From an uncultured delta proteobacterium (GTDB lineage Bacteria; Myxococcota_A; UBA9160; SMWR01), in the NCBI GenBank assembly GCA_963832165.1, contig CAWHTE010000011.1, positions 864,001-928,000 of the forward strand: a DNA stretch of 64,000 nucleotides, read 5' to 3'. Under the pieces are notes generated by a model, which made no database searches, was not told the origin of the DNA, and saw nothing but the letters and a program-made list of their open reading frames with translations. The translations under genes and the position numbers were made by a program. Every line of letters starts with the position of its first letter. Position 1 is the stretch's first letter. Positions 38,481-48,079 of the stretch are shown one piece after another.

Positions 38481-39615
38481 TTAGTCCGTGTCTTCGAGGT
38501 GTGCCTTGACTGCACCACCGACGCGCTCGCGGTCGATCAGGAACGTGTCGTGGCCATAGGGAGCGTCGAGCTCGACGTAGGTCACGGCGGCGCCCTGCTT
38601 GCGCAGCGCATCCGCGAGCTCGCGCTGCTGCCAGACCGGGAACAGCACGTCGGAGGTCACGCCGATCACGAGCGTGGGGCACGCGATCCGTTCGATCGGC
38701 GGCCTGCCCGCGCGACGCGTCGGTGAGGTCGAACAGGTCCATCGCCTTCGAGATGTAGAGATAGGAGTTCGCGTCGTACTGCAGGCAGAACTTCTCGCCC
38801 TGATGGGCGAGGTAGCGCTCCACCTCGAAGTCCTCGTCGAGTCGCGGCGGACGCCCTCGCCGGCGTGCGCGGCCGAAGCGGTCCTGCCACTCGGGACCCG
38901 AGCGATAGGTGATCGTGCCCATCTCGCGCGCGATCTTCTGGCCGCGGTGCGGGAAGCTCCGGCCGTAGTAGCGGCCGTCGCGCCAGTCGGCGTCGGCCAT
39001 CACGGCCTGGCGCTGCACGAAGCGCATCGCGATCGACTGCGGGTGCGAGCGCTGCGCCGCGGAGATCGTGATGACGCGGCCGACGCGCTCGGGCTCGAGC
39101 GCGGCGATCAGCAGCGATTGCATGCCGCCGAGCGACGCGCCCGACGACGCGTGCAGCCGATCGATGCCGAGGTGGTCGAGCAACGCCAGCTGCGCGCGCA
39201 CCATGTCACCCACGGTGAGGATCGGGAAGTCGGTGGCGTAGGGGCGGCCCGTGCGCGGATCGGTCGAGGCGGGTCCGGTGCTCCCGTAGCAGCCGCCGAG
39301 CAGGTTGCTGCAGATCACGAAGAAGCGGTTCGTATCGACGGCCTGACCCGGACCGATGAACTCCTCCCACCAGCCCGGGCTCGGGTTCTGCGGATGGCTG
39401 TGCGCGTGCGACGATGCCGACAGACCGGTCTGCAGCAGCACGGCGTTGTCGCGAGCCGGCGAGAGCTCGCCCCACGTCTCGTACGCGATCGTGAACTCGG
39501 GAAGCTCACCGCCCCACTCGCAGCGGAACGGCTGTGCGTGGTGGAACGTGGCATAGCCCGAGACGACGCGGTCGTAATGCGGCTCGGGGCCTTCGTGACG
39601 GGTCGGTTTCGCCAT
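38481..39615 (-). CDS. metX: MetX-family homoserine/serine O-acyltransferase; frame break ~38710
   Basis: [28 protein letters not shown] nucleophile, DANSYL, D.LFP, GHDTFL. Confidence 0.88.
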
Positions 39616-39672
39616 GGCGAGTGGAGTGGGGCCATCATAGCCTTCCGAGCGAACCGGCCATCGGAGGTTTCC

Positions 39673-40119
39673 GTGCGCGATTCGCAGTTCGCGTCCACGA
39701 CGTTTCGTCTGTTCGTTTCACTGATCGCGATCGCGCCACTCGCCGCACTCGCGTGCGCCGCGAAGATCCCGTTCATGCCCTCGAGCTCGAGCCCCGCGGC
39801 CGCAGGTCAGGTGCACGCCAAGCTCGACGACAACGGCAACTCGTGGGTAGAGCTCGAGATCGAGCACCTCGCGCTGCCGGGCACGCTCACGCCGCCGCGC
39901 GCCACCTACGTCGTGTGGGCCGAGAGCCAGTTCGGACGCCAGGTGCTCTTGGGCCGGATCGCGGTGGCGGGCAACCGCAGCGCGCAGTGGGAGGGCACCA
40001 TCCCATTCGAGAAGTTCCGGATGATGGTCACGGCCGAAGACATCGCGTGGCCCGAGCGGCCGCGCGAGCCGTACGTCGTGCAGACCGAGTACGTCGAGGC
40101 CGGCAAGGGCTGGTTCTAG
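39673..40119 (+). CDS. Hypothetical lipoprotein
   Basis: GGAGG RBS, LAALAC lipobox, DDNGN...HLA.P...YVVW...VTAE. Confidence 0.7.
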   Translation: MRDSQFASTTFRLFVSLIAIAPLAALACAAKIPFMPSSSSPAAAGQVHAKLDDNGNSWVELEIEHLALPGTLTPPRATYVVWAESQFGRQVLLGRIAVAGNRSAQWEGTIPFEKFRMMVTAEDIAWPERPREPYVVQTEYVEAGKGWF

Positions 40120-42380
40120 CGACGCGTCGTGGCGGGCGACCGCTTTGCGTCCGCATCCGCCGCTGCGAAGTCGACGTAGATCGGCGAAGACCACGCGCGC
40201 GGCTCGCGGGGCGCGAGGCATTCGTCGGCATCGCCGTCGGGCCCGGGGCACGGGTTCACCTTCACACAGTTGCCCTCGGCGTCGCGCTCGCAGCGCAGAT
40301 TGCCTGCGTTGATCGCGGGCTCGGCCCCCTCGAACACGCGCACGTAGTAGATCACGTCGCGCTCGAGGTCGGCGAACTCCGGATCGTTGAACGTCGCCGC
40401 GCAACCCTGCGGATCGGGTTCGCATTCGAACACGCGCCACGGATCGTCGATCAGGTGCTCGATCTCTTCGGTCGGCGCGGCCTGCGGGACGATCCGCACG
40501 ATCTCGATCCGAGTGATCGCCTTGCGCGCGTCGTCGGGGTGGTAGCACTCGCCCTTGCACAGGTGCTGCAGCCGTTCGCGCCCGAGCGCATCCGCAGCGT
40601 CGGGCGGACAGCCGGGCTTCTGCACGAACGAGCCGACCGCGCGCACGCTGAAGATCGGCGATCCGTTCATGCGCGCTTCGCTGCCCATCGGCAAGAGCGC
40701 GCCGTGCGACCCGGGCGGGTTCAGCAGATCGAACCAGAGCAGCGTGCGCTGGCCCGTGGTGCCGTAGACCTCGCGCCGCTCGAGCGCCGACCAGATCGAC
40801 TCGCGATCGCGGCCCGTCGCGTGTACGCCGACCAGGCCTCCGGTCATGAGGAAGGACGCCTGGCGCTCCACCTCGAACACGTTGAAGCCGGGCTGATCGA
40901 CGGAGAACGCGCGCGACTCGGACGCGAGCTCTTCGGGCTTCACGCCGAGCAGCGCCGCGGCGCGCCCGCCCTCGGACCCGCCGCCCTGCGACTCGGTCAT
41001 GCCGCGCCGGCCGATCTGCTTGTAGCCCGTGCCGGGGCGGGCGAAGTGGTTGTCGCTCGACGCGATGAAGCCGAAGCGGAAACGGCGCGGCGGACCCGGC
41101 CCTTCGAAGTTGCCGAGTGCGGCGATGTACTGCGCCGACGACTTCGGCCGGTAGTTGAACGCGGGCTCGCGGCAGTCGCGACACTGGCCTGCGTCGAGCC
41201 ATTCGGCGGTGCGCGCGCCGGGCACCGTCTTGTGCGCGGCCACGCCCGAGGCGGCCGCGTGGGCGCGCGCGGCCACGGCGCGCTTCTCACACTCGGCGGG
41301 GCCGTCGCCATCGGCGAGACAGCGCGCGCGGATGATCTCGCCCGCTTGCCAGCAGGTCGGCAGATAGTCGCGCGTGGGCGCCGGGCATACCGGGCTCCCG
41401 TCGGCCGCGAACTCGATCTCGTGCCAGCCGCGGAACACCTCGGACTCGCCGTGACCCGAGAACACCTCGATCAGACGCTGGCGCTGCGGGTCGTGCATGT
41501 CGCCCACGAGCTGCTTGTCCCACGAGGAGCCCGGTGGCGTGTAGAAGCCCCACGTGGTGCCGTGCGGAATCACGATCGCCTCATGGCCCCATTCGTCGAG
41601 CTTGCGGAACAGCTCCGCGGGTGTCGCGGCCTGCTCCCGGCAGTTGCGCGGCAGAGCGCGCACGTTCGCCTCGGCATCGCAGACGGGCACCGCGTCGAGC
41701 TCCGCGAAATAGCGCGCGAGGTCGTGGCTGCGCCCTCCCGAGCGCAGCGCCATCGCGCCGAGCAGGAAGGTCGACGGGCTGCCGCCCTCGATGCCCTGCA
41801 GCGCCGAGATCGGCCGCGCGGGGATCCGCGCGTCGTCGGTGTGCTCGAGCACGACGTTCTTGTGCCCATAGTGTTTGTCGGGTGAGGTGCCGACCTGGGT
41901 CCACTCCCAGCCCAGGTAGGAGACCATGTCCGGGTTCGCCGGGTCGCCCGCGACCTCGTTGCACTGCCGGATCGAATCGATCGTCTCGCTCCAGTGCCGC
42001 GGCGTGATCGAGAAGTCGTGGTCGTTGATCGACCAGAAGTCGAGCGCGGAGCAGTAGCGCGCGAAGTCGCACGCATCGGCGGGAGGGTGGGCGCCTTCGC
42101 CGCCGAGCAGCGGCAGGCTGAAGATGAAGGCGTCGAACGAGAACGTGGTATGGACGTGCAGGTCGCCGAATAGCACCTGCTTCGGCGCCGCCACGCCGAT
42201 CGCGCGCCCCGCCTCGCGGTCGCTGCGCACGCGTTCTCCGATCAGCGCGAGCGATCGCGCGGGGCCCGCAATCTCGCCAGGCCCATCGTGGGAGCCGAAC
42301 GAGCCGCGCCCCGCCGAGTAGACCAGGCCGAGCGCGAAGCCGACCAGCAGGGCGAGAGCGAGCGCGACCCTCTTGACCAA
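40116..42380 (-). CDS. DUF3604 (PHP-like metallohydrolase) membrane-anchored protein
   Basis: GAGGAG + TTG start; LFGDLHVHT, INDHD, IPHG, SSDNH, REVYGTTG, RAWSSPIY. Confidence 0.85.
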   Translation of the reverse strand: MVKRVALALALLVGFALGLVYSAGRGSFGSHDGPGEIAGPARSLALIGERVRSDREAGRAIGVAAPKQVLFGDLHVHTTFSFDAFIFSLPLLGGEGAHPPADACDFARYCSALDFWSINDHDFSITPRHWSETIDSIRQCNEVAGDPANPDMVSYLGWEWTQVGTSPDKHYGHKNVVLEHTDDARIPARPISALQGIEGGSPSTFLLGAMALRSGGRSHDLARYFAELDAVPVCDAEANVRALPRNCREQAATPAELFRKLDEWGHEAIVIPHGTTWGFYTPPGSSWDKQLVGDMHDPQRQRLIEVFSGHGESEVFRGWHEIEFAADGSPVCPAPTRDYLPTCWQAGEIIRARCLADGDGPAECEKRAVAARAHAAASGVAAHKTVPGARTAEWLDAGQCRDCREPAFNYRPKSSAQYIAALGNFEGPGPPRRFRFGFIASSDNHFARPGTGYKQIGRRGMTESQGGGSEGGRAAALLGVKPEELASESRAFSVDQPGFNVFEVERQASFLMTGGLVGVHATGRDRESIWSALERREVYGTTGQRTLLWFDLLNPPGSHGALLPMGSEARMNGSPIFSVRAVGSFVQKPGCPPDAADALGRERLQHLCKGECYHPDDARKAITRIEIVRIVPQAAPTEEIEHLIDDPWRVFECEPDPQGCAATFNDPEFADLERDVIYYVRVFEGAEPAINAGNLRCERDAEGNCVKVNPCPGPDGDADECLAPREPRAWSSPIYVDFAAADADAKRSPATTRR

Positions 42381-42574
42381 GGAACTCCTCCCCCAGGGGG
42401 AGGTCCCCTGGCTCCGCGGCCCGGCTGCCGAAACCGACCCAACCGTGCCGGCGCGGGGTGTACTCCGTCAACCCCGGGAAACACCGCAGCGGCGAGGTGA
42501 TCGCCTCGCGATCTGCGCGCGCACGCGCGCGCAGATCGACACGTTGGATCCCGAGCCCGGCACTACAGGACAAG

Positions 42575-44281
42575 ATGCTCGATCTCCTGCCTGTCGATGG
42601 GCGCTCCAGCCAGGCTGTGCGCTCCCTTTCTCGCCCCCGTCCTGCGGGTCCCACGATCTGGGCGGTCGCGAGCGGAAAGGGCGGCGTGGGGAAGTCCGTG
42701 GTCGGCGCGAGCCTCGCGATCGGCCTCTCGCAGACCGGCCCGCGCACGGTCGCGGTCGATCTCGACCTCGGCGGCGCCAACCTGCATACGCTGTTCGGCT
42801 GCGCCCGCGCACCCCAGACGCTCACCGATTTCATACAGGGGCGGGTCCGCTCGATCGAGGCCGCACTCGCCGTGACGAGCGTGCCGGGCGTGCGGCTGCT
42901 CTCGGGTGCGCGCGCATCGCTCGATCTCGCCTACGTGCCCTACGCGCAGAAGCAGAAGATCCTGCGCGGCATCTCGCGCATCGACACGGGTCACGTCGTG
43001 CTCGACCTCGGCGCGGGCAGCAGCACCCACACCCTCGACGCGTTCGTGGCCGCGGATCGCCGCATCCTCGTGGTGACCCCCGAAGCCACTTCGATCGAGA
43101 ATGCCTTCCACTTCCTCAAGGCCGCGTTCTTCCGCTCGCTGCGCGACGTGCCGCGCGAGGCCGAGGGGCACGCAGCGATCACGGCTGTACTCGACGAGGC
43201 GCGCAACGGCGGTGCCACGCCGCTCGAGCTCGTCGAGGCGGTGATGCACGCCGACGCGAAGGCGGGCGCGCTGGTGTCGGGGCGGATGCGCGAGTTCGAC
43301 GTCGATCTCGTGGTGAATCGCGCCGACGCACTCGGCGAGCTCGATCCGGGTGAGGAGATCGCCAAGTCCGGCCGCGCCCAGCTCGGCCTCAACATCCGCC
43401 ACGCGGGATCGCTCGCCACCGACGCGTCAGTGCCCGCGGCCGTGGAGCGCGGCGTGCCCGTGATGCAGCTGTTCCCGGCCAGCGCGTTCTGCATCGGCGT
43501 CCATGCCCTCATCGCGTCTCTGTTCGCGGACGAGCCCGCCTCGGCGACGCGCGCCGTCGCACTCGCGGCGCTGCCCCCCGCGCCCGTGATCGACGAGACC
43601 TCCGCGCCCGCAGCGGCGACGGTGGCAGCGCGCTCGCTGTTGCGGGTTCCGTACCGCACCGGCGTGTCCGGGCGCACGCTGCGCAATCTGCGTGCTCAGC
43701 TCGGACTCGGCGGCGGGGCGGCTTCCCCCGTGCGCGCAAAGTCGGAGCGCAGCGCGCCGGCTTCCGCCTCCGGGTCGGCCTGGGCCGCCCCGCACCGCGC
43801 AGCATCGCCCGGGAACTTCCTGCGCTACCGACGCGAGCAGCTCGGGCTCGATCTCGAGGCGCTGCACGAGCACACGCGCATCCGGCATCACCTGCTCGAG
43901 GGCATCGAGCAGGAGCAGTTCGACACGCTGCCGCCCGACGTGATCCTGCGCGAGCACGTGCGACAGATCGCGGACGCGCTGGGTCTGTCGGATCCCGACG
44001 AGCACGCGCGGCGCTTCATCGAGAAGGCGCGCGCGAAGCGCTCTGCGATCGCGCTCGCGGGGCTGGTGTCTCGCGTCAAGGGCGACGCGCGGCCCTCGAA
44101 TCCGATCCCGGGCGCGCGGGAGCTTTCGGACGAAGGGGACGAGCTCGCGTCGCTCGGTGACGAATCGGTCGACTCCGCACCGCTGAATCCCCACTCGAGC
44201 GGCGCAGAGGTCGAGAGCTTCCTCGGCTCGAGCTATTCGTCCGCGCTCTCCCGCCGCATCCGACTCCTCGCGCGCCGCTGA
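42575..44281 (+). CDS. MinD/FlhG-like P-loop ATPase fused to C-terminal RodZ-type HTH
   Basis: ASGKGGVGKS, DLDLGGANLH, LDLGAG, VTPEATSIENA; PGNFLRYRREQLGLDL..TRIR..LEGIE..LPP. Confidence 0.82.
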   Translation: MLDLLPVDGRSSQAVRSLSRPRPAGPTIWAVASGKGGVGKSVVGASLAIGLSQTGPRTVAVDLDLGGANLHTLFGCARAPQTLTDFIQGRVRSIEAALAVTSVPGVRLLSGARASLDLAYVPYAQKQKILRGISRIDTGHVVLDLGAGSSTHTLDAFVAADRRILVVTPEATSIENAFHFLKAAFFRSLRDVPREAEGHAAITAVLDEARNGGATPLELVEAVMHADAKAGALVSGRMREFDVDLVVNRADALGELDPGEEIAKSGRAQLGLNIRHAGSLATDASVPAAVERGVPVMQLFPASAFCIGVHALIASLFADEPASATRAVALAALPPAPVIDETSAPAAATVAARSLLRVPYRTGVSGRTLRNLRAQLGLGGGAASPVRAKSERSAPASASGSAWAAPHRAASPGNFLRYRREQLGLDLEALHEHTRIRHHLLEGIEQEQFDTLPPDVILREHVRQIADALGLSDPDEHARRFIEKARAKRSAIALAGLVSRVKGDARPSNPIPGARELSDEGDELASLGDESVDSAPLNPHSSGAEVESFLGSSYSSALSRRIRLLARR

Positions 44282-44348
44282 TCCGAGGTCTCCCCGCTAG
44301 AGTGAGCGCCGCGCTGCGGCCCACGCGCGCGACAGGAGACGTCGCCTC

Positions 44349-44702
44349 ATGCCCACCATCTTGCAGACCGTGCTGCTTCTCGTGATCTCGAACGCGTTCA
44401 TGACCTACGCGTGGTACGGCCATCTGAAGGACCTCTCGGCTCGGCCCTGGTACATCGCCGCGCTGCTCGCGTGGGGCGTCGCGTTCTTCGAGTACCAGTT
44501 CCAGGTACCCGCGAACCGGATCGGCTACTCGACGCTCACGCTGCCGCAGCTGAAGATCCTCCAGGAGGCGATCTCGCTGATCGTCTTCGTGCCATTCTCG
44601 ATCGCTTACATGCGCGTACCGGTCGGCGCGGACTATTTCTGGGCGTGTGCGTGCATCATCGGCGCCGTGTTCTTCCTGTTCCGCTCCGCCGGCGGCGGAT
44701 GA
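44349..44702 (+). CDS. Small DMT-superfamily membrane protein (DUF486-like)
   Basis: SNAFMTYAWYGHLK, WGVAFFEY..QVPANRIG, QLKILQE. Confidence 0.85.
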   Translation: MPTILQTVLLLVISNAFMTYAWYGHLKDLSARPWYIAALLAWGVAFFEYQFQVPANRIGYSTLTLPQLKILQEAISLIVFVPFSIAYMRVPVGADYFWACACIIGAVFFLFRSAGGG

Positions 44703-44782
44703 GCGAGAAGAACGACCCAAGCCGTGCGGGTCGATGGCGTGGCCGGAGCGGAGGCCACTGTTCGACTTCGCTCGCCCACCGC

Positions 44783-44831
44783 TGGTCTTCGCTCGCCTTC
44801 GGCTCGCTGCGCGAAACTTGCGCTCGCTGCG
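44783..44831. repeat. 49-bp REP-like repeat, copy 2 (intergenic; extra partial unit at ~44764-44776)
   Basis: Identical to 35462-35510; followed by GCCGGC-TTC-GCCGGC hairpin. Confidence 0.9.
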
Positions 44832-44866
44832 CGCCGGCTTCGCCGGCTTGCTAGCGTGCCGATCCG

Positions 44867-45490
44867 ATGATCTCCGCCCTCGAAGCGCTCGACCGCCTGC
44901 GCGAAGGCAATCGCCGGTTCGTCGCCAACCTGTCGTCTCCGACCGACCACCAGGCGCGCCGCATCGAGCTCGTGTCGGGCCAGGAGCCGTTCGCGATCAT
45001 CCTGGGCTGTTCCGACTCGCGCGTGCCCGCGGAGCTCGTATTCGACCAGGGCTTCGGCGATCTGTTCGTGATTCGCGTCGCGGGCAACATCGTGGCGCCG
45101 TCCCAGATCGGCAGCGTCGAGTTCGCGGCGGCGCGTTTCCACACGCGCCTGGTCGTGGTGCTCGGCCACTCGCAGTGCGGCGCGGTGGCCGCCACGCTCG
45201 AGGAGCTGCTCGGCAAGGCGAATACCGAATCGAAGAACCTGCGCTCGATCGTCGACCGCGTCCGACCCGCCGTGGAGGATCTGCTCGCGGGTCCGCACGC
45301 CGACGATTCCGAAGCGCTGATGCGCGACGCGGTGCTCGCCAATGTGCGCGCGTCGGTGCAGCTGCTGCGGCACGGATCGGAGCTGCTCGAGCGGCTGATC
45401 GAGACGGACGGGCTCCTGGTCGTGGGAGCGAAGTACTCGCTCGCGACCGGAGTGGTGAACTTCTTCGACGGAATCCCGGATGGCCGCTAG
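44867..45490 (+). CDS. Beta-class carbonic anhydrase
   Basis: GCSDSRV, GDLFVIRVAGN, GHSQCGAV zinc ligands. Confidence 0.95.
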   Translation: MISALEALDRLREGNRRFVANLSSPTDHQARRIELVSGQEPFAIILGCSDSRVPAELVFDQGFGDLFVIRVAGNIVAPSQIGSVEFAAARFHTRLVVVLGHSQCGAVAATLEELLGKANTESKNLRSIVDRVRPAVEDLLAGPHADDSEALMRDAVLANVRASVQLLRHGSELLERLIETDGLLVVGAKYSLATGVVNFFDGIPDGR

Positions 45491-47180
45491 CGCGCCCACA
45501 CGGCTGCGCTTCTTCCCCGCCGACCTCGAGCCCAAGCTCCTCACCACGCTGCGCGAGGGTTACTCCGTGCGCGACCTCGGCCGCGACGCGCTCGCGGGCG
45601 TGGTGGTAGGCGTCGTGGCGCTGCCCCTCGCGATCGCCTTCGCGATCGCGAGCGGGGTGCGGCCCGAGCAGGGCCTCTACACCGCGATCGTCGCGGGATT
45701 CCTGATCTCGGCGTTCGGCGGAAGCCGCGTGCAGATCGGAGGTCCGACCGGCGCGTTCGTCGTGATCGTGGCCGGCGTGGTCGCGCAGTTCGGCGTGGAC
45801 GGGCTCGCCGTGGCCACGCTGATCGCGGGCGCGCTGCTCGTCGTGATGGCGTTCGCTCGACTCGGCGACGTGATCCGCTTCGTCCCGTATCCGGTGACGG
45901 TCGGGTTCACGTCCGGGATCGCGCTGATCATCGCGGCGGGTCAGATCGGCGATGCGCTCGGGCTCTCGATCGACAAGCTTCCGCCGGACTTCGTGCACCG
46001 GGTGCTCGCGTACGCCCCGCGGCTCGGTGATGCGCAGCCCGCCGTGATCGCGGTCTGCGCAGCCACGATCGCGATCGTGCAGCTGTGGCCGCGCGTCACG
46101 GCGCGGGTGCCGGGGCCGCTCGTGGCGCTGCTCGCGACGACCGCGGTCGTGCACGCGCTCGGTCTACCCGTCGAGTCGATCGAGGACCGCTACGGCGCAG
46201 TGCCGTCGTCGCTGCCCTCGTTCCGGCTGCCCGCGATCGACTGGCAGCAGGTGCCCGAGCTGTTCTCGCCGGCCCTGTCGATCGCGCTGCTCGCGGCGAT
46301 CGAATCGCTGCTCTCCGCGGTGGTTTCCGACGGACAGATCGGCGGGCGTCATCGCTCGAACGCGGAGCTGCTCGGACAGGGCATCGCCAACCTCGCATCG
46401 CCCTTGTTCGGCGGGATTCCGGCCACGGGTGCGATCGCGCGCACTGCGACGAACGTGCGCACGGGCGGGCGCACGCCGGTGGCGGGAATGGTGCACGCGC
46501 TCGTGCTGCTCGCGATCCTGCTCGTGGCCGGCGAATGGGCGGGCTGGATCCCGATGGCCACGCTCGCGGGGATCCTGCTCGTGGTGGCCTACAACATGAG
46601 CGAGTGGCATGTGTTCGTGCGCCTGCTGCGCGCGCCGCGCAGCGACGTGCTCGTTCTCGTCACCACGTTCGCGCTGACCGTGGCCGTCGACCTCACGGTG
46701 GCGATCCAGGTCGGCGTCGTGCTCGCCTCGCTCTTGTTCATGCGGCGGATGGCCGAGGTGACGCAGGTGAAGGCGGTGCGCGACGTGCTCGATTACGAGA
46801 CGTCGGGAGCGGCCGAAGGCGTGCCTTCCGCAGCGATTCCGCGCGGAGTGGACGTGTTCGAGATCAACGGCTCGTTCTGCTTCGGCGCCGCGCGCAAGTT
46901 CACCGAGGCTCTGCTCGCGAGCCACCGGCCGACGAGCGCCGTCGTGCTTCAGATGCGCAATGTGCTCGCAATCGACGCGACGGGCCTCCAGGCGCTCGAG
47001 GACGTCGCGGCGCGGCTGCGCAAACGCGGCACGCGGCTGTTGATCTCGGGGGTCCACGCGCAGCCGCTGATCGCGCTCGAGCGCAGCGGTGCGCTCGAGC
47101 GGATCGGCCCGGAGAATCTGTTCATGACGTACGAGGAGGCGCTCGATCGCGCGCGCGAGCTGGCTCCGCCGACGCGCTAG
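45480..47180 (+). CDS. SulP/SLC26 anion transporter with STAS domain
   Basis: VALPLAIAFAIASG, IGGPTGAF, ESLLSA, GAIARTATN, STAS IDATG. Confidence 0.93.
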   Translation: MAASAPTRLRFFPADLEPKLLTTLREGYSVRDLGRDALAGVVVGVVALPLAIAFAIASGVRPEQGLYTAIVAGFLISAFGGSRVQIGGPTGAFVVIVAGVVAQFGVDGLAVATLIAGALLVVMAFARLGDVIRFVPYPVTVGFTSGIALIIAAGQIGDALGLSIDKLPPDFVHRVLAYAPRLGDAQPAVIAVCAATIAIVQLWPRVTARVPGPLVALLATTAVVHALGLPVESIEDRYGAVPSSLPSFRLPAIDWQQVPELFSPALSIALLAAIESLLSAVVSDGQIGGRHRSNAELLGQGIANLASPLFGGIPATGAIARTATNVRTGGRTPVAGMVHALVLLAILLVAGEWAGWIPMATLAGILLVVAYNMSEWHVFVRLLRAPRSDVLVLVTTFALTVAVDLTVAIQVGVVLASLLFMRRMAEVTQVKAVRDVLDYETSGAAEGVPSAAIPRGVDVFEINGSFCFGAARKFTEALLASHRPTSAVVLQMRNVLAIDATGLQALEDVAARLRKRGTRLLISGVHAQPLIALERSGALERIGPENLFMTYEEALDRARELAPPTR

Positions 47181-48079
47181 CCGATTTCGCGCTTGAAGGT
47201 CTCGAGCGCGTCGATGTAGTCGCGCGGGCCGCGGTAGCCGACGCGCTTCGCACCGACGGCCTCCGCCGCGGTATCCATCGCACGCAGCGTGATGTGGGTG
47301 CCGCCGGCCTCGCGCCAGCGCTCGACCTCGGAACCCCAGGTGTCGCGCGGAGCCGAGAAGTCGATCACGGCGTCCGCGCCGAAGTCGCTGCGCGCACGGC
47401 CCTCCTTGTCGAGCAGCTCGAGCAGGTTCGCGAGCAGGCCGCCCATGTGCCTCGGCGATGCGCCGAACAGGAACCCGTCTCCCGTGCGCGCGGCGCGCCG
47501 CAGCGCCGGGGGTGTGAAGCCGCCGAACCAGAGCGGAATGCGCCGCGTGGGCTGCGGGAGCAGGCCGGCGCGGTCGATGCGGTGGAACTTCCCGCGGAAG
47601 TCGATCACGGGCTCGCTCCAGAGCTGGCGCAGCAGCGCCACCTGCTCGTCGAAGCGCGCGCCGCGCTCGGCGAACGGAACACCGAGCGAATCGTATTCGA
47701 CGTGGTTCCAGCCCGTGCCGACGCCGAGCCGCAGACGTCCACGCGAGAGCACATCGATCTCGATCGCCTGCTTCGCGACGAGAGCGGTCTGGCGCTGGGG
47801 CAGAATCAGCACGCCCGTGGTCAGCTCGATACGCTCCGTGATCGCCGCGAGATAGGCGAACAGCACGAACGGCTCGTGGAACGCATCGCGCTCGGTGTAG
47901 GGACCCGTGAGCCTGGGCTCGCGCCCTGCGTGTACCGCCCCGAGCACGTGGTCGTAGGTGAGGATGTGGTGATATCCGAGGCTCTCTGCGGTCTGCGCCC
48001 AGTCGCGGATCGCGCCCGGGTCGTTGCCGATCTCGGTGGTCGGGAAGGTCGCGCCCAGCTTGATCTTCGCGGCACTCAT
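47177..48079 (-). CDS. LLM-class, probable F420-dependent oxidoreductase
   Basis: YDHVLG, FHEPFVLF, ILPQRQTALVAKQA, GVGTGWN..EY. Confidence 0.88.
   Translation of the reverse strand: MSAAKIKLGATFPTTEIGNDPGAIRDWAQTAESLGYHHILTYDHVLGAVHAGREPRLTGPYTERDAFHEPFVLFAYLAAITERIELTTGVLILPQRQTALVAKQAIEIDVLSRGRLRLGVGTGWNHVEYDSLGVPFAERGARFDEQVALLRQLWSEPVIDFRGKFHRIDRAGLLPQPTRRIPLWFGGFTPPALRRAARTGDGFLFGASPRHMGGLLANLLELLDKEGRARSDFGADAVIDFSAPRDTWGSEVERWREAGGTHITLRAMDTAAEAVGAKRVGYRGPRDYIDALETFKREIG

Noticed and set aside
36547..39615. 1022-aa ORF looking like a MetX-AsnB fusion
   Set aside because: Artifact of frame breaks. MetX ends at TAA 38481 in another frame, and AsnB needs its own N-terminal MCG start at 38475.
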